DNA of 62,745 nt, counting the filler, from Bipalium vagum (taxonomy: Eukaryota), in the NCBI GenBank assembly GCA_037834085.1. It is 3 parts of 3 records of this genome, joined end to end, with 100 filler letters (N's around TTAATTAATTAA, not from the genome) between each part and the next. Parts side by side here need not be neighbours in the genome. Positions count along the whole stretch, not along the records: positions 1 to 29,686 come from JBBMKC010018201.1; 2 more parts are not named here. The stretch is one strand, 5' to 3'. Shown here in pieces: positions 13,001 through 28,000 of the stretch (within the stretch, counting starts at the first letter, position 1; each line of letters opens with the position of its first letter). The notes under the pieces were generated by a model. The model ran no database searches and was not told where the DNA came from. It saw only the letters and a list, made by a program, of their open reading frames with translations. Position numbers and translations under genes: made by a program.

Positions 13001-16000
13001 TCTGATTTTCAAAATAAAATATCAATATCTTGATTCTTTCTTCCAATATATATTTTTACATTGTTCATATAATTTATCTAAAAAATAAAATTTGAAAATT
13101 ATTTAAATTACAAAAAGTTATGATCATTTTTAGGTAGGAATTAACTTTTGGCGCACCCTCTATAATTAATTGAAATATTATTTCTAGAATAAAAATTCAA
13201 CGCCAAAATCCTTTATAAATTATATGTTATTATTTTAAAAGAATCTGTTTTTTTTCAAAATTAATATTACAAAAATCGATGACATTCTTACAAATACCTT
13301 ATTGTAATAACTAGCTATTTCAGTTACTTTGAGTATTATTTCTATTGTTTTTAGAAAGTAACTCATCTCGTGCCATAAACCTGGGAGGGGTCAACATGCT
13401 TTTAGAATTATTTATGGACCTTCATAAAATCGACATTAAATGTAAACAAATTGGATTGCGGAAAAGTATTATATGTGTCATAAAGAATCTTGTCAATTTA
13501 AGTAAATTAATTATTTTTTTTTATTTGATCTATTTTTGTGATTTTGTGACCGTTTCCTTCTCACAAATGATCTCACACTTTCTTGATGTGAATGATTTAT
13601 CTTATTTTTAGGAGCGGGCAAAAAAGCATTTATGGAATCTGATGGATTGCACACACTTTATGGATTTTGTGATTTAAATAAGCATCAGTCAAATTTAGAG
13701 TCATTGGTTACGATATGTAGCTTAATACTACGAAAGTGCTTTCCAAAAAATCGACTACCTTTAAGTCATTATGGATCTGTGATGAAATGTCCTCTGCCAA
13801 ATGTAACTTATCAAAAGTCACGGATTTTGTTAGGTAGTGATTTCTTTAGTTAATTTGTTTATTTGTTGGTATAGACATCGATAAATAAGTATTGTCAGAG
13901 ATAGTAATGTCGAGTTTTTGTTAATTATTTATGATTATGATGATTATTATTATAATTAAAAAATCTGTGAACATGCTTATTTACACATATTTGTGTTGTG
14001 TATAATTTATCCTCTTTATTTTTTATTAGAAATTCAATTTAAATTATTTTAATAATAAAAAGTTAATAAAAGTTTGCGGTTAACAAACTAAACCTATTAC
14101 GTTTAGTTTAATATTTCAATACTAAACGATAAAATGGTTTTTGAAACCCAGAGAAATTTTTGTTTTACATTTTATCATAATAAATCATTTGAAAAACTAA
14201 ACTATTAAATATAATTTTGATAAATTTTTATTTTCATCCTCATTATTTTTTTAATTTTCAGAAATTATAACAATAAAAATATTCCAATTAATTATTTGAA
14301 ATAATAATAACATTAAAAATGAAATAACATTATTTGTACTTTTAATATATTTCTAATTTTTTATATTATTAGACTATAATAACAATGATAGTTCACCAAG
14401 CGCTCCTCGTAGCACATCACCCTTAGACATCGACGGAGTCGGGCAGGATCTCAATTGTCAAGGAGACATTGAAAAAAATTGCTATAATCGAATTGAAAAG
14501 TAATATTTTAAATAAAATAAAAAATTGATATATATGATTTTCTAATACAGTAAATTATTATTATTTAATTTTAAAAAAATATTATATTTTTCTTATAATA
14601 ATTGTTCAGTACAATACAAATTATATAGTTATTTATGATTCGGTCGTTTTCTAATTATGTATTTTATTTTTGAATAAAGAAACTTTGCAATTTGAGTTTT
14701 TTTAATCTGACCTAGTGCTTAAGCGATATTTATTTGTTAACGAATGTTTTGATCTGGAAACGCCATTTGCTGAAGGTTTAATTATCATGTTCAATTTGAA
14801 ACAAAATGATATTACTTTTAAAATTTTATTGAAAACCTGCATTATTTATCTTTTTTGACAACCCCAAGTTTAAAAGGATTTAACCAAACCAACTGAAAAA
14901 TTCAACCAGGAAACGAAATTTTCATTGAAACAGTTTGATTCTGTATGGTGGGATCAAGAATGTATTCTATTCTATGAACATCAACTAAAGGAGTTAAAAT
15001 ATAAAAACGATAAAAATTAACTTGTAGGCATGGGAATTTTGATATTGTCATATGCCTCATATTCCAAAACTTTCAAGTACTTTAAAAGAAATGAGATATG
15101 ATGTGTGTACCCTGTCAACCGTTCTCTTCAGATATTAGTTCTTTGGTTACAAAATAAAATTACATAAAAATGTAATTTTATGTCGAGAAAAGTGTAAAAC
15201 TTTTGATGTTTTTTTAATGAACAAGAAACTCACTTTATTCATGTAATTTCCCAAAATCATATTAACGTGGGATATTTTTTATCTTTTTCATAAAAAATTA
15301 ACTTACAAGAGATTGGAATTTTCCTCAATTATTTTAACTCTTGATGATTGATTTTATCAACTCATCAACTTTGAAGAACTAAGGGATTAATTTTTTGATA
15401 TCTTTTCACTTACCAAAAACTCTAGAGATTATGTAAGATGATTTTGAAACCCTTAGTTTTCAGCTTAGAAAAGCTAGTAAGAATACTTTATTTACATCGG
15501 TATCAATGACTTTTTTCAGATTTAGTAAGCAAATTTTTCCGAAAATATTAAAAAATCAATATAATCAATTTGGTTTTAAGTTCTGAAGTTTTATATCATT
15601 TCTGTGTATTAAACTTATTATAATGATACTATGAAAGATCATCGATACCCCCTGTGTTTTAAATTTAGTTCAGAAGACGATGATTATTTACAAGAAATGA
15701 AAATAACCAAAGACAATTTCAACACCATCCGTTGCATGTCTCAAGAGAAGAGAGACATTCGGAGTAGAGCTGACAACTTATTTCGGTCTCTGGATAAAAA
15801 AATGTCCATTTTTTCTTAGTAATTGACTATTATTGATTTCTTATGATGGTAGTCTATTGTATTTGATGAAAAATTAAAAAATAAGTATTTAACACAATTA
15901 TATTATTGCATAGTAAGGAATCGGAATTACAACAGCACCATGAACATCATAATCCACACAAAAACTCCTTGGGTAAGACATATATGTTTGATGGAGACAG

Positions 16001-19000
16001 TGACATCTGTATGATACAACGGAAGTCATCGACTTCTTCCATTTTTCGTTCAAATGACGGTTTTCATAGTCCGTATCAAGATTATGAAGATGAAAAAAGA
16101 GAAAAAAATGATCAAGGTTTTCTGGAGCAAATGTTTATTAATTCGTTATCATATCAGTCTCTAGACGATCGTCCTTTTGATAAATTAAAGTTGTCATACG
16201 ATAAATTTTTAATGGAAAGAGAAACAGTGAAAAAGGTTCAGAAATCATATATATGAGCCATTATGTGAATGAAATTTTTTTTTAGTTCAACAATAAAGAA
16301 ATGCAGAGAAAATCTTTTATTGACGATTCCGATAGATCAGAGAAGAGTGAAAATTCATTGGAAGACGGAATGATTCCGGAAATAAAGAATAGAAACATTC
16401 AAAGTTGTTGTTTATTTCTTAAAAAATAATAATCTCTTATTTATTATTTTACATCTAATTTTCTTACCTGAAGTTATCTTTAATATTTTTCATATCAAGA
16501 TAATTCTTCTTTTTTTGTCATCCTTTCAAAAAATTTCGCAAATTTAAATATTTTAATAAAAATAATTTTTTGTATGATAATTGATTACATACTTCTACAA
16601 TAATAATACATTAACAATACATTAAAGTACTTCATTATTTTTTAAAATAATTTTTTTTAATATTACTTATTTTATTAATATTATTAATATTTTTTTTTAT
16701 TTGATACATTTTAATTATTTTCTATTGTCCTAAAACTATTTTTCAAATAATTTTAAATCTTAAAATATTTGACATAAAACTAAAACTCTATAATTGTTTA
16801 TTTTATTTTTGCAGAATTTATATGCCTTGGACATTTTTGTACTTTTATAAATGTAAAATTTTTATTTTTATAGTAAAACTCTGTACTTTGCATATTTTTT
16901 GAAAATGTATTATTTTATTCAGTTTTATTTTGCCATCTTATTTACTTTTCTAAAATATTCTATCGCCAAAAACATTTTCTGTTTTTATAGAACTTGTCAC
17001 AATTTTTTATTTTATGGTTAAAGTAATTTCAGTTAAAAATTACTATAATATTTGAACTATGAATTCTTAATTAAAAAAAGAGAAATATATTTCATGTGTT
17101 CTAACAATATAAAGTATAGTTGATATCATTTTTGTTGAATATATTTGAATTCCAGACTTTGAATTCTTCAACTAATAATGTACTGTATAACAGATTCTGA
17201 TAAGTACTTAAGTATCAATATTATCTTTAAGTCATCAATAATATTTAATATTCAATAAAAAGTGTATTAATTGTTTATAATTAATTCGTAATTATCAGTT
17301 ATCGTTATGGTTACATGGATTGGTTTTTATAAATTAGCTTATCATCTAGGTGTTCTTATTATGGTATATTTTCTATATTATTTCTCTCATTTTCATTTAA
17401 ACTGAAATTAATTAAAATATTATTTGTCTGCTAACTTTTGGATAATTTAAGGGCAACGCATCAACCATTTATTGTATTATTTCTTTTTGTTATTTATAAT
17501 TATGTCTTACAAATTTTTTGAAAGTTATCTTTGTGACTTTGTTTATAAGGCCACAAAATCCGGTAAAATTGATCGATAAGATCTAAAAAACTCATAAAAG
17601 ATAAACTTTGTAATTTTTTAATGATATTTTAGCCATTATTAAAATAAAACTTGTGTATTTAAAATTATTAAGTTTTCAAACATTACAACTAAAAGATTAA
17701 TTTAATATTACCATATAAATGTACTCAACTTAATCTGACGATAAAAAATTGCTTCAATTCAATCTGGCGATACATTTTCATATTTTAGAAATTCCAATAT
17801 TTTAATAATAATATTTTTGTAATACTTTTTTTTACAAATTTTTATATAGTTAAATTTTTTCAAACACATTCATTAATTCCATTATTTTTTCAAATTTTTT
17901 TGCTTTGAAGGTGTTTAGCCAAATGAATTCAAAGAGAAATGAATATTTTCTATTATCGTCGATACCATTCATCATTTTGATACGCAGTTTTATCTTAATA
18001 TAATAATTTTCTACGTGTTGAGTATGCACTCCGTTTCAGGTTGTACTATATTATATTCATGAGTTACGGATTGATGCATGTAGTTTAAAGAAAGTCGTGT
18101 ATATGATTGATCCTGGGCGTTCAACATTATAAATAATAGGCAAAACACTTAATCTCTTCTTATCTTTAATGATTTGGCAAAATCCTTTAGAAGGACTTGT
18201 TGAAGTATCTTAAATTGATAATGCCAAAGTTGGTCCTTAAAATTGAGTTTCACTTCGTCACATTCCACAATAATTCCTATGCCTCCAAGTTATTCGTTTA
18301 TTACAATTTAATTTATCGATTAAAAATATCTCAATTTTATGAAAACTAGAGCTGAGATGTATATTTGAATTTTCATTTAATAATACAAACTTCTAGTTGA
18401 CCACAAATAAATAGCCTTCATTCCAATTTTGAAAATGGAAAACCAAGAGTTTGTCCGAATGCTTGGAGATGATTTTGTGCATTTAGATTTATTGCATCTC
18501 CATACTAATCCATGTGTTGAATTGCTTGAAATCAACGCAAAATTGTGATTCCATAATCAAATTTTGATTGACCAACCAAATCAACTTTTCCATTTCAGTA
18601 AATTTAGCTATTCCATCGAGAAAATTTGAATTCATTTGATTTATTTACTGAATGATTATAAAAAGATGTTTAAAATTGTATTTGTAATTTGATTAATTAT
18701 AACAAAATGTATAGTCAATTTAATCTGGCAATAAAAAACTGAATCAATTCAATCTTGCGGTACATTTTCAAAATTGTATCGTAATATTAAATTGATCCCA
18801 ACTAAATGTGAACAAATTTCATTGCCAAATAATTAATCAGTTATCGAAGAAATTAAAATTGTTTATTTTAATTAATATATTGATAAATATTTTGTGAATT
18901 ATGAATTATAATTAATTATTATATGTTTATTATTATTTTTTGCGAACATTATATTACTCAAACTATTAAATGGATATTTGTGAAATGTCGGATTTCAAAA

Positions 19001-22000
19001 GAGAAATATACGATATAAGCTTCGATAGCCTTAATGCACTTTTCCAAAACATCTGTAAGCGCCTATCTTTGTTATTAAAAAGAATTTCTATTTTAACGGT
19101 GTATTTATTTTCTTTTACTTACATATTTAAATAAATTATTTATATCTAAGTCGAGTGAAAATGATACAATGAAAACGATTCATAATTCAGTTTCTGAAGT
19201 CTCATAGTTTTTTATACCTGATATCAGTTTTGTATGGTTTTCTTATATGTGCAGTTTCCTTATTTTCCTTATTCATTTTGACAAAATTTTCAATACGAAT
19301 ATATAAATCTAAAACTGAAAATAATTTTATTTTTAGGAAAAAGTTGAAGTATTACTGAATTCATATTTTAATAAAAATGTTTGATTTAGTATTATTTTAT
19401 AAGTGGTCACAGGATTCTCTGGACACTTACTTTAAATTCAATAATAAAATTCATGTTTATTTTTCTGCGTCGGATAGAATTTTAAATCCCATGCTTTTCT
19501 TTAAATCGCTGATTTCATTCATTGGATACTTTGAAATCGTTCAGACCAATTTTTCGTGCCACTTGAAGACTAAGATATTTTATTGTTTGACTTTAACAGG
19601 AATATTTTTCTCTCGTAATTTCTTGAAAAACTCAAAGCTTATACTATCATTCTGCTTTGAAGAGGTTCAGCATTCAGACTTGTTCCTGTGTTCATCAATT
19701 GTTTCTGTTTGATTCTATTTATTGTTTCTTTACTTGTTTTGAATTCTTTAACTAATTTTCTTTCTAAAGCACCTTCGCTTAATTTCTAGTTAATTTTTTG
19801 ACATTTTGGAAATTTTTGTATTTAATAAAACTAAATAGATATTTAAATAACTTTTACATTGGTTTTGTTTAATAAAATGGGTGCTTGAGATTATTGTTTT
19901 ACCAGTAGATGTTATAGTTAATATGGAAAATCAATTTTTTTAAAAAATGCTCCATAAAGTGAATTTGAGATGTCCAAAAGTTGAGGTTAGACTATTACTA
20001 AAAAGGGTTTAAAGGAAATCCAAAAATTATGGTTTCAATCAATTTCCACGTCATTTTAGTTTTGCTAGATGTATTTACGGATTAGTCTTGAATATTTCAT
20101 ATTTTATGAATCTTTGCTATAATGAAATATCTAAATGCATCATTTGACTTCCTCGTTATTTAAAATGTTAGATGAGAAATTTGGAATCAAATTGAATTGT
20201 GAGGATATAGGATATGCTACCACTTTCTTCCTTGGATTATAGACGAATTTCTTTATAGCAAATTAAAAAGATTATTATTTATTACCGTTGTTACTTTTAT
20301 TTTTCTCGTAAATATATTTTTAAAATTTTGACTGTTTATCTAAGACATTCTACATTGATAAATACAGGGAAAAAATCCAGTACTCAAAATCAGTCAAAAA
20401 TGATACCTTTGGATGAAAAATTAAGTCGGATTTCCATTCGACAAAATTCGATAAATTCACAGAAATCAAAAGAACTCTCGGACGACAAGCTCGTTTTGCT
20501 TTGCTCAGGGGTCAGTTTTCATAAAAGGTAATAATCTTACTTACAGCAAAAAGATGACATTAATTATCTCCAGAGAATCGAATTCCCGGCCAAATTCTGC
20601 TCTCGGCCGAAGGCCCAAAATCGGATCCTTCAATGAAACAAAGACTGATAGGAATAAAAGTAATTTGTCGAAAATAGGTTAGTATATGTAATGACTCTAG
20701 AAAATGTGATTTATTATGAACTCAAAATTTTTATATTATTATTTTATATTAATATTTTCTCTCATCATACGAAAGTAATTTATTTTTCCTTTTTTGTAAT
20801 TTTGTTATGAAAAAGTTTGAAAATATTTTAAACTTTCAACTAGACTATATTGTAAAAAAGATATTGTTATGTATTTTTATATTTATTGTAATAATTTTAT
20901 TTAGTTAAGTGATGTCCTAGGTTAAAGTTTAAATGATTTTTGTAAATAATTAATAATAATAAAAATGTCGAAAAAAATATTGAAAATCTTTGGATTGTGA
21001 ATTAATCATTTGAATCCATACTGAATGAAAGTGAATTATTATTTTATCTTTTCTCCTTTTGTAACGTTTTTTTATTAATTCTTTGTGGCTTTATTTATTT
21101 TATTTCTTTATTAACATTCAATTTACAATTAGCTACTAACTACAAGTAATTTTTACAGTTTCAGAGAATAAGAAAGTTGCAGCAGCAGACTACTTGTCGA
21201 AAATAATGAATTTATCCATAAATAATCCGTCTCATGATTTCTCTACCTGTGAAACCGATGATTCCAATAATAGATCTTTACCTGCCTGTGCCAATGAGGA
21301 ATTTACCGATAATTATATAAAAATTTCCAGTTTAGTTACCAGAAGCTTAGGTCGGTTCAGTATGATTGCATATCCTGATTTGATGGAAGAGTCGGTTAAA
21401 ATTACCGAACCAGAACCGTTATCAGAGTCATTTTTACAGAATTTGACCTTGTTGAATGATGGAGATTTTCTGTCAAAATCAAACAATAACAACAGTAACA
21501 GTGGAAAGAAACCATTGAAAAATGTGAATACGTTATCAAAAAAGAGTTCAATGAAATCGAACAAAGTCTCAACTTCACCAAAGACCAACAATTCAGCTCA
21601 GCGTCCATCTTCAGCTAGTTTAAATATTGATCTAATGGCTCAAAATAAAATCTTAGACGATGTGAGGAGAATTATCGACGGCGAAGACATTTTAGAAAAA
21701 GTCGTGTTCGATTTGGATAGTATTGTTCAAAGCTCCATGATGACATATAATTTAGAACATTCTTCTCATTCTAATTTCGATGAATTACAGTAGGATGTTT
21801 TTCCATTTAGCATTGGCTTTGTGATTATTTATTATTCACAGAGTTGACAAACTCACTCCACTAGAGTCGCCATCGTTACAATTCGAGTCACAGTTCGAAT
21901 GTGGGAATTTGCGAAAAGCTATTCAGATTCGCCAATACGAATACGATCTTATTCTGAATCCCGACGTTAATAGCAATCACCAGATTCAATGGTTTTACTT

Positions 22001-25000
22001 TCGCATTTCTGCTATGGAAGCCGGTGTACCATATCGATTTAATATCATCAATTGCGAAAAGCCAAACAGTCAATTTAATTTCGGTAAGTATAAATGGTTA
22101 AGCTTTGTTAAATTTATCACGTGTAATAATATCATAGCAATAATAATAATAATTATTATTATAATAATAATAAAAATAATAAGAACAAAGAATAAGAATA
22201 ATAAAAAAAATATTTTAAGATTTATTTTTTTCAATCCGATAATTCCTAAAATTCACGATTGTTGTATATAACGTGGTTTTTTATTAGTAAATTTTAAAAA
22301 ATTAAACAGACCAATTTTCATCAACACTTTAACTGTACATAGATTATAGTTTATTTATGGATTTTTGAAAAAGATTCTTGAATAGCATTTTTCATGAAAA
22401 CCTGTTCAATGTAAAAATTGGCATAAAACTTTTGAGCGATGAGCATGTAGCTCTTTATAAATTTTTCTTAACGTGACTTTTTCTCCAATCGAAATCATCA
22501 AATCATATTTTTCCAAAAGTGTCACTCATTTTAAGACATTTTTCTAATCAAAATTTAAAAGCTACATTTTACATAACTGCTTTTATAGTTTTGTTTTGTG
22601 ATTTGGTTATCTAGAATAGAAGACTAAATTAGAAAAAATTTTTTTGCTAATATAATTTTTTTTTAAAAATTCCTTTTTTGTGTAGAATTTTTTAATTTCT
22701 TTGTTTTTCTTGAACTAGTATGATAAAAGGAATATAAAACTAACTTATTTTTTTAAATAACATAATCCAAGGAACTTGCATAGCTTCTGAAACATATACC
22801 TGGTTAATATACTTTACTCAAATTTTTTTTCTGATGTTTGTCCTAAATTATTATATTATAAAAGAGACGCAAAAATTTTTTTGCAAAAGTCATTATTTTA
22901 ACAAAATAATAATTAAAAATTAATATTATATTATTAAATTTATATTAAAACTGATAAAAAGAGCAAATGTTAGAGAAGTTAAATGAATGGTGTATATTTT
23001 TTAAAATCACAAAAAGCACGGAATGCAAAAAAATCACAGTAAAATTTTAATTGTTTTAGATTTCTTATACCATTTCTTATCCGAAATTCAAAAAAAATTG
23101 AAAAATTCCGCACAAAAAACAAAATTTTGTTCTTGTTTCAGTGACCTAGTACGATTAGATAACCTAAAACAAAAACTGAAAAACAAAAATATGTAAAGTA
23201 TATTTTTTTTAATTTTTGAGTAAAATATCAATAATATTATTCACAATTTTTCAGTGATTTTGTTTTAAGAATTTTTTACATGGAACACTAAACAATTTTT
23301 AAAATTTAAATCATTCTAAGATTCAAAAAATACCTATAAAATACTTTGATTGCTTTGCTTATGTCATGAAACTGAATTCTTTATTAAAAGTCAATGTTAA
23401 ATGATTAAATCCATATTTCAGATGAAAAATCTTAATAAAATGATATACTCAAACATGTTTGTTAATTTCTGTCATAAAATATTTAGAAATTTTTCAATTT
23501 CTGATTTGAAGAAGTTATTTTAATACTTTTGTTGTTTTTTCTTCAGGTATCATAAACTTTAGACATTTAAGATTATAATTAATTCAATTAAGTAAAACCG
23601 TTTGTAATTGATATAGAATACTTGCATTAATTATAAATAATTTTAATCAATAAGATTATCTTAAAAATCAATTTAATCTATCAATCAAGTAATGATGAAA
23701 AATCTAAGGAGTCTAATTGATAAAATTAATTGTTTTAAACATTTTGCAATGAGATAATTATTCATATCAATCTCATTTTATAATCAGACCTGAACAGTGG
23801 ACTTAATTTTTGTCACATTTTTGTTTTTAAGAGATAAATCGCCCAAATTAGTGAATATTGTGATTTCCAATATTGTAAATATGGATATCTATTCATGGGA
23901 GAGACAATGTCATCTCAAAAATCTAATTAACGGACATCCTCAAAAAGGTATAATAAATAAGTACAGTACCGGGTCAGTCTGTGAATTGTAAAGAAATGAA
24001 AAGTGTGAATGAAAATGAAAAATAGAATATGTAATTCGATGTTATTTATTTATTGAATATTTTATGGAAATATGAGGGAATAATTTTTTTCAAAATGACA
24101 CGGTTTTTTTCAGTATCAACATTTAATATTTTTCTCCATTTCTTTTTATAAATCATTGGATTCTGTTTTGCTATATCCAAGATCTGTAAATTAAGTAATG
24201 AGGTTCGATAACACGTTTTATTTACAATATATTTATATCTATGAACTCATACTCCTTCAAAGTAGCTCCTTTGGGAAGCAACACAGCGCTTCTTTCGGTT
24301 TTCCCACTCCTTGTATCAATGCTGGAAGTCCGAAACTGAAATGTCCTTCAGCTGACCGGTAACATTTTCTTTTATGTTTTCTATTGTACCAAAATGATAT
24401 CCATTGAGGTAGCTTTTTAGCTTAAGGCACAGGAAAAAGCCAAAAAGGGCTCAAGTCAAGAGAAAAGAGTGATTGAGGAATGACAGGAATGTATTTTTCT
24501 GATCAGAAATACAGTAATTGAAAGGGCAGTATTGCAAGGTGCATAGTCATGCTAAAGCACCCAATTGTCTTTGATGGGTGGTCTCATGCGGATGACTCTT
24601 CTGCAGCCTTTTCAGGATTTCAAGATAAACGTATTGATTTACAGTTTGTCCTGTTGGCAAAAATTCTTTATGGACAATATCATTGAGATATATCATTTTT
24701 GCCTTTTTTGGAAAAGGTGAATTGGGAGGGTGCCATTCTGTACTCTGGCGTTTTGTTTCTGGGTCATATTCAAAAATCCACGATTCATCACCAATGATAA
24801 CGTGTTTTAGAAAATCAACATATCTTTCAATTCGTCTCAAGAGGTCTCAACAAATTTTCTTTCTGTTGAACAATGAGATTTTTTGTAACCAATTTTGCAC
24901 AAACTTTTCTTATGTTTAATTCTTCCTTCAAAACATGATGTACTGCAATCATTCTTGTAGTAAATCGTCGATCATTTCGCACCAAATCTCTGAATTTTCC

Positions 25001-28000
25001 AACATTTTTATCCCTTTTCGATATTAAAGGTCTTCCAGAGCGAGTGTCATACTGAACCGATTCTCATCCACCTGAAAAATGTTTTTTACCATCTTAAACC
25101 TTGAGCTCTTGACAAAAATTCGTCACCATAAGCTCTCTTAAATTTTTCAAACGTTACAATAGCAGTTTTACCAAGTTTAACACAAAATTTGATTGCTTGA
25201 CGTTGTTCGTAATTAATCTCACTCATTTTTTGAAACCCAACAAATTGAAAAAAATAAATTTGACTAATAGTCACATGACAATAATAGGTTGATGAAATTA
25301 ACTGTTTGACTAAACATATGACTATTTCTCAGAGTTACAGTGTTACCAGTTTGGCAAGAAAAAATCAGTCTCATACTTAATTTACAGACCTTTCATAAAT
25401 AATTAGAGTTTAAAATATTGAATTTTACATACCCTAATACGATCTCTATATTTATATAATAATTATTATTTTTATTATTTAAATTTAAAAATAGAATAAT
25501 AAGAATTATCTAAAAAATATTAATAATTTTATATTGTTAAAGGTATGAAGCCTCTTTTTTATTCTGTCAAAGAAGCAATGTTAGGAAAATCTTACTGGAA
25601 GAGATATGGGTCTGAAATCTTTTACTACAAAAATCATTTTGCAAGAAGTGCTTCTACAAATGGTAATTTAATGTCTTGATTTAAAATTGAAATGAGAATA
25701 AGTTTAATTAATTGAATAAAAGAATATTAATTAGTTCTTACCAAATTAAAGCCAGTTTTTCAAGTTAAAAATCCTATTAATTTGATTTAATTTTTACCTT
25801 GAATTAGAATAAAAACGACTTTCTTTATATAAAAATAATTTTTTTATAATTTTAAATGAGAATAATATAATTTTTGAAACATTATTAATTTAGCGGAAAT
25901 TTTACTTAGAAGAATCCGTTAGAAAAATCATATTTTCACTAATTAATCATTTCCCGTTCAGGAGGTGTTACAGGAAAATCATATTTCACATTTACATTTG
26001 TTATTGAGTTTCCCTATGCGTCCGATGTTTGCTACATCGCCTATCATTATCCGTATACATATACGAGACTTTTGACTGATTTGCATCACTGGACTCAAAA
26101 AATCAGACCTCCTAAAAATAGTAAGAGTTAAAATAAACTAAATGCTGCTTATTATTATTGATTATTATTAGAAACTACTTTCTTATAGTAATAATAATAC
26201 AGTCACGCGTGTCTAATTTCAACAGATCAGGACCATAAAACATTTAACAAAATAATTTCATAAAAATAAATTCAATTAAATAAAGTATGACCTCTCTAAA
26301 TCGTCAAGAATGGGATCAGGATAAAGAGTGGCGAATTATAGAATGTATTATCTAACAATTTATCTAATAATAATGTATCTAATAATTTACTTAATACTAC
26401 AACAAGTGTTATTTCACAAAGCTTTAACTAATTACAGTCAAACCAGATATAAGAGACAGGTTTGTACAGCGTGAAAATTGGCTTTCTTGTGCTGTTGTAC
26501 ATATTGACGAATTTTAGATTTTTCTTGGTTATTCGTTATGTGATTCATTTTATTATTAATTATTGTTGTTATGGTTTACTATTATTTAAACAATTTTGAA
26601 CAAAAATGAAGATTTCATAAATTTATTGCTCTTTATATAGGTGGAGTACGATGTTTTTCTATATAAAAATTTGGGATTAATGTGTCTTAAGGCAGTTCAT
26701 TTATTCTTTGTTACTTGATGGTGATTACAGGATTTTCAGATAACATTTATTAATCATCTTCGTTATTTTCACAAGTGGAAAATTGTAATATTGACAAGTA
26801 ATACTGTGGAATAAAGTGCTCATATTCTACAATTTATCTTTTGTATGAATATGTCTTCATAATGCAAGTAAATATTTTGTTCAATCTGATTTTCTAAAGA
26901 AAATTGATAAATTAAATTTTTAATAAAGAAGTATTCTTAGATTTATGATTTGCATTTTTAGACATAAATACCACAGAATATAAGAAAGGTATGTTTCCAG
27001 CGGTTTTGTATAGTGATCTCAGAAAACTCTAGCCAAGATGATACTGTAAATCATATGGCCTCTAATAGGTTTAATTTTGTATAATTTGAAATTGAATTTC
27101 GATGAATTTCTAAACTATGCTGAATGTGTATTTCGCTTTAAAAGAAACTGTTATACCGGCACCTAGTAGTTGCAATTTTCTTCTACACTATATATAAAGT
27201 CCATGCACACTTTGAGCACTTGCATTGATCAATATAAGTCAAACTTTTCTTCTAATACACTTTCCATATCATCTTATTGAAATTGATAAACCATCCTTGA
27301 AAGATCGTGGTTGTAATCCATGAAATTGTATTGCTTTTGTATGAGGTCCGTGAATGTTTGAAATTCCCGATTTTATTTAGGCTTCATGGTCGACCACAAT
27401 TGCCAATTATCAAAGGACTGAATTTTTTGGAACTTGAATTTGAGCATAGTGAAACAGTTATTCGTTTTAAATCATTCCCTGATCTACCAGATAATGTTTT
27501 ATTTGGAAGAAGTCTGTAGTATAAAGCGTTCTAGTCAAAGTTATATACATCCTCCGGATCAATCTGGATATTTTTCACAGATTTCAAGCGACATTTCTTG
27601 AATTTCAATTGTACACAAAAAACTGGCTTCTCTATGTAGTCTCCATAATTTGATATCATGGCTACTTTTAAAAGAATTGATCCAACTTCGTGTATTTTTT
27701 TCATGTTGTGTTAAGACATTCATATCTTGATCTAATCATGTGGCTTGTTCATGATAATTTATGAAATATTAGTTAATTTTAAATTTTACTTTAAAAACGA
27801 ACAAGTCATGAAAAGTTCTATAGAAACTAATATAGACCAATTTTGGCGGTAGATTTTTTCAGTGAAATTAGACATGCATGAATGTATTACTACTACTAAT
27901 AATAAATCTAAAAGTAAAGACTTGTGATGAATTAATCTTTCTTCAGATTCTGGTACAGAAAATAATGAAAATTCAAAAGGGAAACCATTAACGCATAAAA

